A stretch of DNA of 29,850 bases from Trypethelium eluteriae (Eukaryota), in assembly GCA_051942245.1 (NCBI GenBank), contig JAVECL010000027.1, positions 62,001 to 91,850 of the forward strand. The letters are read 5' to 3'. A program made the translations under genes and the position numbers. Positions 10,765 through 20,907 of the stretch are shown here, piece after piece; position 1 is the first letter of the stretch; each line of letters starts with the position of its first letter. A model generated the notes under the pieces. That model was not told the origin of the DNA and searched no databases. It was given only the letters and a program-made list of their open reading frames with translations.

Positions 10765-11979
10765 ATGGACTTTACTAGCGAGCGCCCTGATGCAGAGCGC
10801 TCTTCGCAGGAGAAAAGTCCCTCAACATCGTCGACTGCATACGTTTGGGACTCGCTATCAAAAATTTGGTTGACAAAGCTGGCGCTGAAAGAGCTAGATC
10901 GAAGGAACAGATCTACTAGGCCTAGGGAGCACCATCCACGTCCATTGCCCGTTGCTCGTGGACTACTAGCTAGGCGCCGTCGACCTCTAACTAGACGCCT
11001 TCTTACCGAGCTACGAAGGGACATCCAGTCACAGAATACACCTGCTTCTGACTTCCTACGAACCTGCAGTCCAGTAGCACTTAGCGACGTACAAGCATTT
11101 GCAAGACACGGCGGCCCCGATCTATTAGACCTAAGAGGAGTATGTACTAAAAACCTTTCAGCACTTGAACCTCCATAGTTAATAAGTAATAGTATCCTGG
11201 ACCCTTCGCTTACTGTAGCCACGAAACGATGATCTCAGCGCTCTCTGACCAAAGGCGAGGGCGTAAACGTCAGTTCTCAGAGTTAGAGCCTTACTCCGAC
11301 ACTCCATATACAAGCACAAAGAAGTCACGATCTACCGGTGCCTACGATCCGAATTTTCGAGAGCGTATGATCAACAACGGGATATATCTTGACGGTTACA
11401 AATACCCTAATGGTCAAGTGCTACCAGAGCCGCAGAATTGGAATGGGCTCCAGCGGATGCTTGCAAAGCCGCGACGATCGCTCTCCTCATATGCAAAGGA
11501 GAGATATGATGAGTTCAAACAGGCAGATGCCGAGGTCACTAGCGAGGACGATGTAATGAGCAAAGTAATCTCAAGGATCCAAGGCACAGTCCCAGACGCA
11601 AACTTTACCGGCAATATTCCGTTCAATAATCTAGCCGACATAATGCGAGGCAAGAGCCATAAGGCGAAACCAGACCGCTTTTGCGGCGCACGACCGGAGC
11701 AGCTCCATCAAGATCTCCATGATAAGCTCCAAGCCCTTATAGTCCCGTCAACTGAGCAGACCCGTCCTATCGCCCCAAACTACTTTGTCGAAGCTAAACC
11801 GCCTAAGGGCTCCGCTTTCGTGGCCTCAAACCAAGCATGCTTCGCAGGCGCGGCAGGTGCTAGGGGTATACATGGTCTTCAGACCTACGGCGAACGGCAG
11901 CCAAAGTATGACAATAACGCGTACACCCTATCAGCTACATACCACTCTGGCACGCTGAAGATCTACTCCCATCACGTCA
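10765..11979 (+). pseudogene. Fungal uncharacterised protein with PD-(D/E)XK nuclease-like motifs, 3'-truncated by retrotransposon sequence. Exons 10765-11139 and 11193-11979
   Basis: Intron 11140-11192 (GTATGT..TAG) joins GGPDLLDLRG to YPGP in frame with ORF 11229. Motifs WDSLSKIWLTKLALKELDRRN, KPDRFCGARPEQL, PNYFVEAK, GARGIHGLQTY, YDNNAYTLSATYHSGTLKIYSHH. The frame reads through into TE DNA and stops at 12027-12029. Confidence 0.8.
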
Positions 11980-14900
11980 GTTGGATAATGCCTTTTCTTC
12001 TTTGGGTACTGTGCTTATTTCTTTTATAATAATTATATTTTGCCACATAGTTCTGGACTTTCTGCTTTATATTGTTGAAAATGCAGTTTTAAGATATATT
12101 CCTAAGTGTTTATGCAACTCTAGGATGTCCATATTGCGGTTTATTATGATATCTTTAAATGTAATAATTAACTTTATTATTTGGAATTTGTAATTTTTAA
12201 GTAATAATAGGGAACTATTTATCTTTGTCTTCTAAGATGTTAAGAACTAATCTAAACTCTTAGGAAATGCTTTTAAGAGTGCTGTTGTCCTTTTTTTTAA
12301 ACACTGCTTAGTACACTTTTTTATTCCCTTAATAGTCTTCTTGTTAACTTAAGGCGTCTGCTTTTTTATTTTCTTTTCCTGGTGCGTAATGTATGGTAAA
12401 CTTATATTGTTTAAGGAGTTCTGCCCATCTAACTTGTCTTTAATTTAACTGTTTTATTATTATAAATATTAACAGATTTTTGTAGTTGGTATAAACATTT
12501 AATTTGGGTGTTCCTTTTATATACACTCTTTAGTACTCTATTGCTGCTATTATTATTAGCAATTCCTTATTATGGATATTATAATTTAGTTTAGCAGGAG
12601 TTATTTTTTTTAAGTAATATCCTATTAGTCTCTACTTCCCATTTACCCATTATAATAAGTAAGTGCTTATTACAAAATCTAAAGCATCTGTTTTAAGCTT
12701 TAGTAATAACTTTAGGTTGCAGATTATTAGTTTTAGGTTTTTTGCAATCTCTTTTTTAATAACTTTAAAGGCTCTTTTTTATAGCTGTTTTTATTTAAAT
12801 AATTGCTTACCCCTTATAAAGTCCGTAAGTAATTTTGCTTTTTTAGAATATTTAGGGATGAATTATTGGTTAAAGTTTATAAATCCTAAGAAACTTTGAA
12901 CCCCCTTAATATTTGTTGGCTTTAGCTATATTAAAATTAATTATACCTTTTTTAGCTCTATTTAAATTTAATTTTTTCTTATCACATATCCTAAGAACAT
13001 TACTTATTTTTAGTGGAAGACATACTTCTTTAGTAATAATTTAAGATTCCTTTTTTTTAAATATTTTAATACCATCTTTACATGTTTTACATATTCTTCC
13101 TTTATTTTGGAATAAATTAGTATATTGTTAAGATATATAATTATAAAAATGTCTAGATATGGTTGTAATGCGTTATTAATCTATTCCTGATAGGTTATAG
13201 GTGCGTTTGTTAATCCAAATAGCATTACCAAGGATTTAAATAGTCTGTATTTTATTCTAAATGCAGTTTTTTATTCCTTACCTTCCTTTATGCGGATGGA
13301 ATTATAGGCATCTCTTTAATCTAATAATATAAGTTACTTTGCTCTGGTTAGGCGGTCTCTTAATTCTGCCGCATTAGGTAATGGATACCTATTCTTAACC
13401 ATAATAGTATTAAGTTTTTAATAATTAATATATAATTATAGTTTTTTATTCTTCTTGGGAATAAAAAGTATAGGATGTTTTGCCGAAAACTCTAACTTTT
13501 GGATAAATCCTTTCCTAAGGTTTTTTTTTAGCTATTTTTAAAGCATCTTTAGTTCTCTTTATAACTGGGGATATAAAGGTCTAAAAGTGGGTTGCTTCCC
13601 TGGCTCTAATTTTATTTTATAATCCCATAGTTGGTGTGGAGGCAGTGCTTAATCTGCCCTCCCTTTCTTAAAGAGTAGCAAATACTTTTTGTATTTAAGA
13701 GGTATTATTATAAGTTTAGCATCCTTATGCTCTGTGTTATCCCTTAATAGACCTTCTACCTTTATTAAAATATTAAATATGCTGGATTTAGTTTATCCTT
13801 CCTGGTTATCCTTATTTATCAACATTAAAGCCACACTATAGCTTATCCTTATCTTATCCCTAAAGCAATTCTCTGCTCCTCTGGGGTCCTATGCAATGCT
13901 GTGTTTGTACTTAGAGAACATAATTTCCCTTATTTCCTAATTAATATTTGGGTTATAACTTCGCAATTATAATAATCTAAATATAATATTATACCTAATT
14001 AGATTTATAATATTAAGTTGGATTTCCTTAGTATGCCCTTGCGTAATTATAAAAATAAGTTCTGTTTTAGTATCCACTTATCCTTGTCCTGCAAATTATG
14101 GTTTAATAGCTTTATATAAACTGTATAACTTTTTTTTTTCCTTAATATTAAGTCTAATTTTTTTAGTAATTATTACTGCTATTATGTTTATTAATGCACT
14201 ATTATTAATTATTGCTTTGACCTGCTGGTTTTTAATTTTGACCTTAATCTTAAACAATCCTGTTATTGCTTTGCTAGGGGATGTTGCATTATAACTTACT
14301 TATAACCTTTTTATAAAAAGTTGTTAATTTTTCCCTCTTCTTCCTTTATCTTTTTAGCGGTTTTATAACACTCCTGCTATTCCGGTTTTATACTTTTATA
14401 ATCCAGGCGATATTTATAGCAATTTAGGTTATTGCATTAATATTTTGCACAATAGTCCGCTTACTTTTAATAGTATTTAATACACACAGTGCTAACACAT
14501 TTTAGCCAGTTTATTATTTAACACATAGGTGGTTTATAGGGTGGTTTTGGGCATAATCCTTATTTGGATTTGCTCCTTCCCTAAGCTACATTACTGCTTA
14601 GTCTGTGGTATGGGCATATCTCTTTTTCTCTGCAGAATTTTTTATTAAGTAAGTTATAATTACTTTCTTATTTTTGGTAAAATCCATAGTCCTTTGTTCT
14701 ACATGCTATAAAGTGCTGGGACTGGTGTTGTAGCTTCTTTTTATATTGTTCTTTTGCCCATTGATGCTTTTTGTATGCATTATTTTAACATTCCTTTTAT
14801 CTAATTATCTGATTATAGTTAGGATGTTGTGAGAGTCTATAAACCTCCTTCCAGTACCTAAAATTCTGCTGCTCTAAATTTTATATAGTTGCTAGGAGTT

Positions 14901-16058
14901 TGGGGCGTGTTATAACATAAGCATAGTAGATTTTACAGTTTTGTATTACACATCTTCCTAGGATTTTATGGTCTGGGTAATCCTCTAATCTTAATATTAA
15001 GTGTACATAACTTTTGTGCTTTTTTTGTGTTGCTACTTCTCCTTAGATACTGTAAGTAATCTTAGGTAGGTTTTCTTGGCTATTTGCAGGGTTAGTAACT
15101 TCTTCCTATAAAGTACTTTCTTCCTCTGCATTGGATTTATTATTAATTATTTAATACTGGAAAATATTTAAGTTCCTAATATTGTTATTACTTATTAATT
15201 TATTAATAATAATTTTATCTTCTCCTAAATGGACTTGGGTTGCCATATTAAATTCTTCTCTGCAATCTACCTTATTTTTAGATTAATAATTCCTTGCTAT
15301 ATACTCTGGTTTTCTATAAGCATAGCATCTTCTCTTGGTTTGGGCACCCTTTTCCTTCTTATTTTGCGCAAGGTTGGAGTACTAAACTCCTTCTATTAGT
15401 TTATTATTATTATAATATTAAGTAATTCCTCCCATTCTTCTTATTAAAATATATGGGGCTAATTGCTTTTTTATACACCTTGCGTAAAGTTTATTGTCCA
15501 GTTTAATTAAGGTATTAATAAGTTCTTATAATATGTTAATAAAGCCGCTGTAGCGCATTAGCTTATCCTTAATATTATCCTTAAGTCCTCTCCAGTACAT
15601 AGGTTGTAATACTTTATTATTCTATTTTAGTTTATCAGAATACTTTTAGAACTTAGCTGCATAATCCGCTGTTAAAGTTTTTTATACTAGGTTCTAAACT
15701 GCTTACTCCGCTATCTTAACTTTGTTAAAAATCCCAAAAATTTATTTAAGCTCTCTTTTAAACTAAGGGAATTTTGCAAAAAGACTGTTAGGGTCCTCTA
15801 AGTTATTAAGATATAAAGTTAATTTAGGTTTTATCCAGTATTAGGCCTATCCTCTTAAGTATAATAAGGCTACTAAAGTCTGTTAATTATTTAGAATTTT
15901 TTTAAATAAGAAGTGGAGTTGGATTTAGCACAGCTATTCTTTTAACTTACTTGTTTCCTTAAAGTACTTATTAGGTCGTCCCACCTTGCCTTCCTTTAAT
16001 AGGGCTTTAGTGTGGGACTCCAGCCGCAGAGTGGATCCTAATTAACTCATCCTTAAGG

Positions 16059-16069
16059 GCGTTTTATTG
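16059..16069 (-). promoter_or_regulatory. Primer-binding site of copy A, complementary to its own LTR (self-priming type)
   Basis: gcgttttatt (16059-16068) is the exact reverse complement of aataaaacgc (16278-16287). It abuts the LTR and lacks a TGG tRNA-type start. Confidence 0.7.
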
Positions 16070-16536
16070 TGTTATAAGCTTATACCCCCTAATACAAGCA
16101 CCGCTTATAACAGGTACATAGAAGGGTCTTAGGGTTTTTTCACGTAAGAGCGGAGTATCAAGGATCCAATAATATAAGAAGGGTCACTAAGCTTTAAACA
16201 ACTTGGTAATAAATAAGGACTTGTTTAATTTGGCTTATAACTAACTGTAGATACAGTTTGGTATAATACAGTAAAGTAATAAAACGCAAGGAGACCTCCT
16301 CTAGAGGGTGATATAGTGCTCATACTTATACCCACAACTCTTATGGTCTGCTCAGCGATCTCCTCGTTATGCTCACGACTGAGCGATGGTGCTCAGCACT
16401 GAGCATTGTTGCTCAGTACTGATCACTCCAGGCTACTACTGATCACTCGGTTAAACTCCGGTTTCTTACCCCTGTTATGTACGGTGTTTCGTGCCGCGGA
16501 CCCCGCCACTTTCTCACGATAACAACGTTCATAACA
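16070..16536 (-). repeat. 5' LTR of copy A (467 bp): family R-U5 with a variant U3
   Basis: Termini TGTTAT...ATAACA. 16070 to ~16292 aligns with the other LTRs; ~16293-16536 does not. Confidence 0.85.
16349..16449. repeat. ~20-bp-period array of palindromic units (TGCTCAG-NN-CTGAGCA type) in the variant U3
   Basis: Units at 16370 tgctcacgactgagcg, 16390 tgctcagcactgagca and 16410 tgctcagtactgatca; degenerate units at 16349 and 16430. Confidence 0.85.
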
Positions 16537-16561
16537 GTTATCCTTTTCTTTAAACACTGCT
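16537..16561 (-). mobile_element. 25-bp remnant of pol from the same family lying between two LTRs
   Basis: gttatccttttctttaaacactgct matches 12284-12308 and 26184-26208 apart from transitions. Confidence 0.8.
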
Positions 16562-17056
16562 TGTTATGAGCCTATACCCCCTAGTACAAGCACAGCTTGT
16601 AGCAGGTACGTAGAGTGGTCTCAGAGTTTTTCACGTAGGAGCGGAGTATCAAGGATCCAATAATGTAAGAAGGGTTACTAAGCTTTAAACAACTTAGTAA
16701 TAAATAAGGACTTATTTAATTTGGCTTATAACTAACTGTAGGTACAGTTTTGGTATAATAATAAAATGTGAGGAAGTCAGTTAAGCTGGTTCCCTCCTAT
16801 ATATATATACTTGTGATCTTCTTAATTACAGTTATTATCCCTCTGATTAGATCTTTATTAATCTTGGGTTAATTATTACTAATTAATGTAATAACTTGTG
16901 ATCTGTAGGTAATCGCCCTAAATTGCTCTACCCTAATCTGTGGCTTATTATTACTAATCAGTTATGTAATCTTTACTTATTATAACCTATCTATGGAATG
17001 CTTACAGTAAGTATAAAGAAAATAGCATTCAGCCTTAATGCGGCTGGGCTGTAATA
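16562..17056 (-). repeat. 3' LTR of copy C (495 bp)
   Basis: Starts tgttatgag, ends gtaata (RIP of gtaaca), next to the PPT; aligns with 23734-24229. Confidence 0.92.
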
Positions 17057-17137
17057 TTACCTCTCCCCTTTTTAACTGTTAGCCTGATAATTGTTTTAAT
17101 GTAGTACATATAGCAGCTAATAATATGTTTAATTATT

Positions 17138-17700
17138 ATAGCTTCCGCCTGCATTCCTGCTTTTTTTATACTTTATTGTTACTATTTTATTGCTAAACTT
17201 TGTAAAGCTTTTATTATAATACATCTTTATTGCAATTATATGCGTTAAAAACTGGACTGCTGCATCAGTCCTAACTCCCAAAGATGTTTAGAGTGTGTAA
17301 GGAGGAATTATCCTTGCAATCTAGCCTTTTTTAAGGTTAACTTTAATAAGATTAATTATAAGATAAATTAGGTTTAGGATAAAATAATAAAATTTATAAC
17401 TAAAATTAATTATTTATAAAAATAATTAAAATTCCTTTATAAATATTAATAATTCTTAGCTTTTAATAAAACTTAAAATATTCTAAACCTTAAGTTTAAA
17501 AAAGAAAAACCTAAAAAGGTTGCTTTACTTAAGAAGTAAGACCCTTTTTATACTGTTCCTAAAATTATGTGGGATATATTAATAAAGGAATTAACCTCCT
17601 TTTTTATTAACTTTTAACTTAATTAGATTTTTTTTAATAATACGTTTTTTTTCTTAAGTTTTAATATTATTATATCTTTTTTTTATACTTAATTAGTATG
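17138..17700 (+). pseudogene. RIP-mutated antisense ORF of copy C (Zn(II)2Cys6-like motif plus coiled coil); end approximate
   Basis: Same frame as copy D ORF 24311 with no indel through the motif. Retains Cys 3-6, including TGC at 17315 that is mutated in D. Confidence 0.7.
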
Positions 17701-18652
17701 GTTTTTATTTCTTACGTATTTTTTAAATTTAGGTATCCTTTTTATTTTATTAAGTATTTTTTACTTTTTTTTTATAAGATCTTTTTTACTTTAAACTTAT
17801 ATTCTTCTTTTAACTTGTAATTAAATATTTCTACATATAATATGCTTTTATTTACTGATTTTAATAGGGATAAATAAAATACTGGGTGGACTTAAGCATC
17901 CTGCGGAAGGTTTAACTTATAATTAATTTTTTTTTTTTTTTTTTTTAATAATAAATAAATTAACCTTTACTGCATTAAGCTTCTTATAAGGTCTTTTTAT
18001 TTTCAAATTTTTTGTAAGTAAATATACTTTATCCCCCTTCTTTAATTAAGGTTTATTTACTTTTTTATTATTTTAAATTAAACTCTTATTTTTTTTATTA
18101 ATATTTTTGGCTATTTTATTATGTACTAATTTTATTACTTTTGCACAATCTTCTCTTAGTGCTAATATTACCTTAATAGGTATTAATTAAACTGGTAGTG
18201 GTATATATCCCATTAACCCTTGGATAGGTGCAAATTTAGTTATACTAAATTCTTTAGTGTTAATATATAACTATACCATAAGTAATAATAATACCCAATT
18301 ATCTTGTAGATTATTAATGTAGTGTCTTAAGAATTATTCCAGTAATTAGTTTATTTATTTAGTTTATTTATTAGTCTCCTTATGGTACGCTATTAATAAC
18401 TTAGTCTTAATCCTTAAGTTTGCTATAAGCATTTGGAAGAATTTAGCTGTAAACCTTTTATCTCAGTCTAATATTATTAAGATAGGTAATTTAAAGTATA
18501 ATATTACTCTTTTAAAGAGTATTTATGCTATTTTTTTTATCCCATATTTTTTGTTAAATAAAATCAGTACTGTATACTTTATTAATCTGCATATTATTAT
18601 ATAAATTGCTATGTAAACTTCTCTGGTTACTGGGTGCTTTAACGCAGGTAAG

Positions 18653-19148
18653 TGTTACGACCCAGCCGCGTCAAGGCTGAACGCCATCTCCTTTGTACTT
18701 GCTGCAAGCGTTCCACAGACAGGTCGTAACGAGTAAAGGTCACGTGACTGATTAGTGGTGGTAAGCCACAGATCAGGATAAAGCGATCTAGGGTGATCAC
18801 CTATAGATCACAGGTTATCACACTAATTAGTAATAATTAACCCAAGATTAGTAAAGATCTGATTAGAAGGATAATAGCTGTGATTAAAAAGATTACAAAT
18901 ATATATATATAGGAGGGAACCAGCTTAACTGACTTCCTCACGTTTTATTATTATACCAAAACTGTACTTATAATTAGTTATAAGCCGAATTAAATAAGTC
19001 CTTATTTATTACTAAGTTGTTTAAAGCTTAATAACCCTTTTTATATTATTAAATCCTTAACACTCCGCTCTTATGTAAAAAACTTCTAAAACCCTTTTAC
19101 ATACCTGCTACAAGCTATGCTTATATTAGGGGGTATAAGCTTATAACA
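18653..19148 (+). repeat. 5' LTR of copy B (496 bp) with TATA run at ~18900-18911
   Basis: TGTTAC...ATAACA termini; reverse complement of the LTRs at 16562 and 23734. Confidence 0.93.
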
Positions 19149-19167
19149 CAATAAAACACCCTTAAGG

Positions 19168-20907
19168 ATAAATTAATTAGGATCCACTCCGCAGCTGGAG
19201 TCCCGCACCAAAGCCCTATTAAAGGAAGGCAAAGTGGGATGACCTAATAAGTACTTTAGGGAAAGAAGTAAGTTAAAAAAATAGCTATGCTAAATCCAAC
19301 TTTACTTTTTATTTAAAAGAATTTTAAATAATTAATAAACTTTAATAGCCTTATTATACTTAAGAGGATAGGCTTAACACTGGATAAAACCCAAATTAAC
19401 TTTATATTTTAATAATTTAGAGGACCCTAATAGTCTTTTTATAAGATTCCCTTAATTTAAAAAAAAGCTTAAATAAATTTTTGGGATCTTTAATAAAGTT
19501 AAGATAGCAGAGTAAGTAATTTAAAATCTGGTATAAAAAACTTTAATAGCAGATTACGCAGCTAAGTTCTAAGAGTATTCTAATAAACTAAAATAAAATA
19601 ATAAAGCATTATAACCCATGTATTAAAGAGGACTTAAAAATAATGTTAAAAATAAGCTAATGCGCTACAGCAGCTTTATTAATATATTGCGAGAATTTAT
19701 TAACACCTTAATTAAACTGGATAATAAACTTTACGCAAGGCGTATAAAAAGGCAGTCAGCCTTATACATTCCAGCAAGAAAAATAGGAGGAATTACTTAA
19801 TATTATAATAATAATAAACTAATAAAAGGAGTTTAGTACTCCAACCTTATGTAAAGTAAAAAGGAAAGAAGTGCCCAAATAAAGAAGAAATGCTATGCTT
19901 ATAAAAAACTAAGGTATATAGCAAGAAACTGCCAATCCAAGAATAAGGTGGATTGCAAAAAAGAATTTAATATGGCAACCTAAGTCTACTTAGGAGAAGA
20001 TAAAATTATTATTAACAAACTAATAAGTAATAATAATATTAGGAACTTAAATATTTTTTAATATTAAATAATTAATAACAAATCTAATGCAGAGGAAGAG
20101 AGTACTTTATGGGAAGAAGTTACTAACCCTGCAAATAGCCAAAAAAACCTACCTAAGATTATTTATAATATCCAAGGAGAAGTGGCAACACAAAAAAAGC
20201 ACAAAAGTTATGTACACCTAGTGTTAAGATTGGAGGATTACCTAGACTATAAAATCCTAGAAAGATGTGTAATACAAAACTGCTAGATTTATTGTGCTTA
20301 TGTTGTAACGCGCCTTAAACTCCTAGCAATTATATGGAATTTAAAGCAGCGGAATTTTAAATACTGGAAGGAGGTTTATGGACTTTTACAACATCCCAAT
20401 TACAATTAAATAGTTGGATGGGAGGAATATTAAAATAATGCGTGTGTAAAGTATTAATAAGCAAAGGAATAAAATAAAAAGAAATTACAACACTAGCTCC
20501 AGCACTTTACAGCATGTGGAATAAGGAACTATAAATTTTATTAAAAATAAGAAAGTAATTATAATTTACTTAATAAAAAATTCTGCAGAGAAAAGGAAAT
20601 ATGCCCATATTACAGACCGGGCAGTAATATAGCTTGGGGAAGGAGCTAAGCCCAATAAGGACTATATTTAAAACCACTTTATAAGCCATCTGTGTGTAAA
20701 ATAATAGACTGGCTGAGATGTATTAATACTGTGTGTATTAAATACTGCTAAGAGCAAGCGGACTATTATGCGAAATATTAATGCAATAACCTAAATTGCT
20801 ATAAATATTATTTGGATTATAAAAATATAAAACCGGAATAGCAAAAGTGTTATAAAACTGCTAAGAAGATAAAAGAAGAAAAGGGAAAAGCTAATAACTT
20901 CTTATAA
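19168..20907 (+). pseudogene. gag: gag of copy B (~580 codons) with CCHC knuckle and long Cys/His-rich C-terminal extension
   Basis: The start (ATA here, ATG in copy A), knuckle CYAYKKLRYIARNC at 19891 (RIP of CYACGKPGHIARNC) and Cys-rich block 20695-20850 are all in one frame. Confidence 0.8.

Larger units (their letters stand above)
11980..16536 (-). mobile_element. Ty3/gypsy chromovirus copy A: 5' LTR, gag, PR, RT, RNase H and integrase N-terminus; 3' end missing; RIP-inactivated
   Basis: Colinear with the reverse complement of copy B 19149-23240 and with copy D 25880-29713. gag ATG intact at 16050; RT YLDD mutated to YLNN; many TAA/TAG stops at Q/W positions. Confidence 0.93.
16562..18652 (-). 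mobile_element. Chromovirus copy C: 3' LTR, PPT, antisense ORF, chromodomain and integrase C-terminal half; interrupted by copy B
   Basis: Colinear with copy D 23734-25824. PPT (ttacctctccccttttt on +) at 17057-17073. Confidence 0.93.

Noticed and set aside
10209..10873. ORFs 10209-10571 and 10568-10873 as genes or upstream exons of the nuclease-like gene
   Set aside because: No motifs and no convincing splice or frame link to 10765
16349..16449. CRISPR-like appearance of the palindromic array
   Set aside because: Eukaryotic context, 20-bp period with no unique spacers, located inside an LTR, no cas genes
17927..17946. T20 run as a retroposed poly(A) tail
   Set aside because: Aligns with ctttatttttcttttcctt in copy D integrase; explained by C-to-T mutation plus slippage
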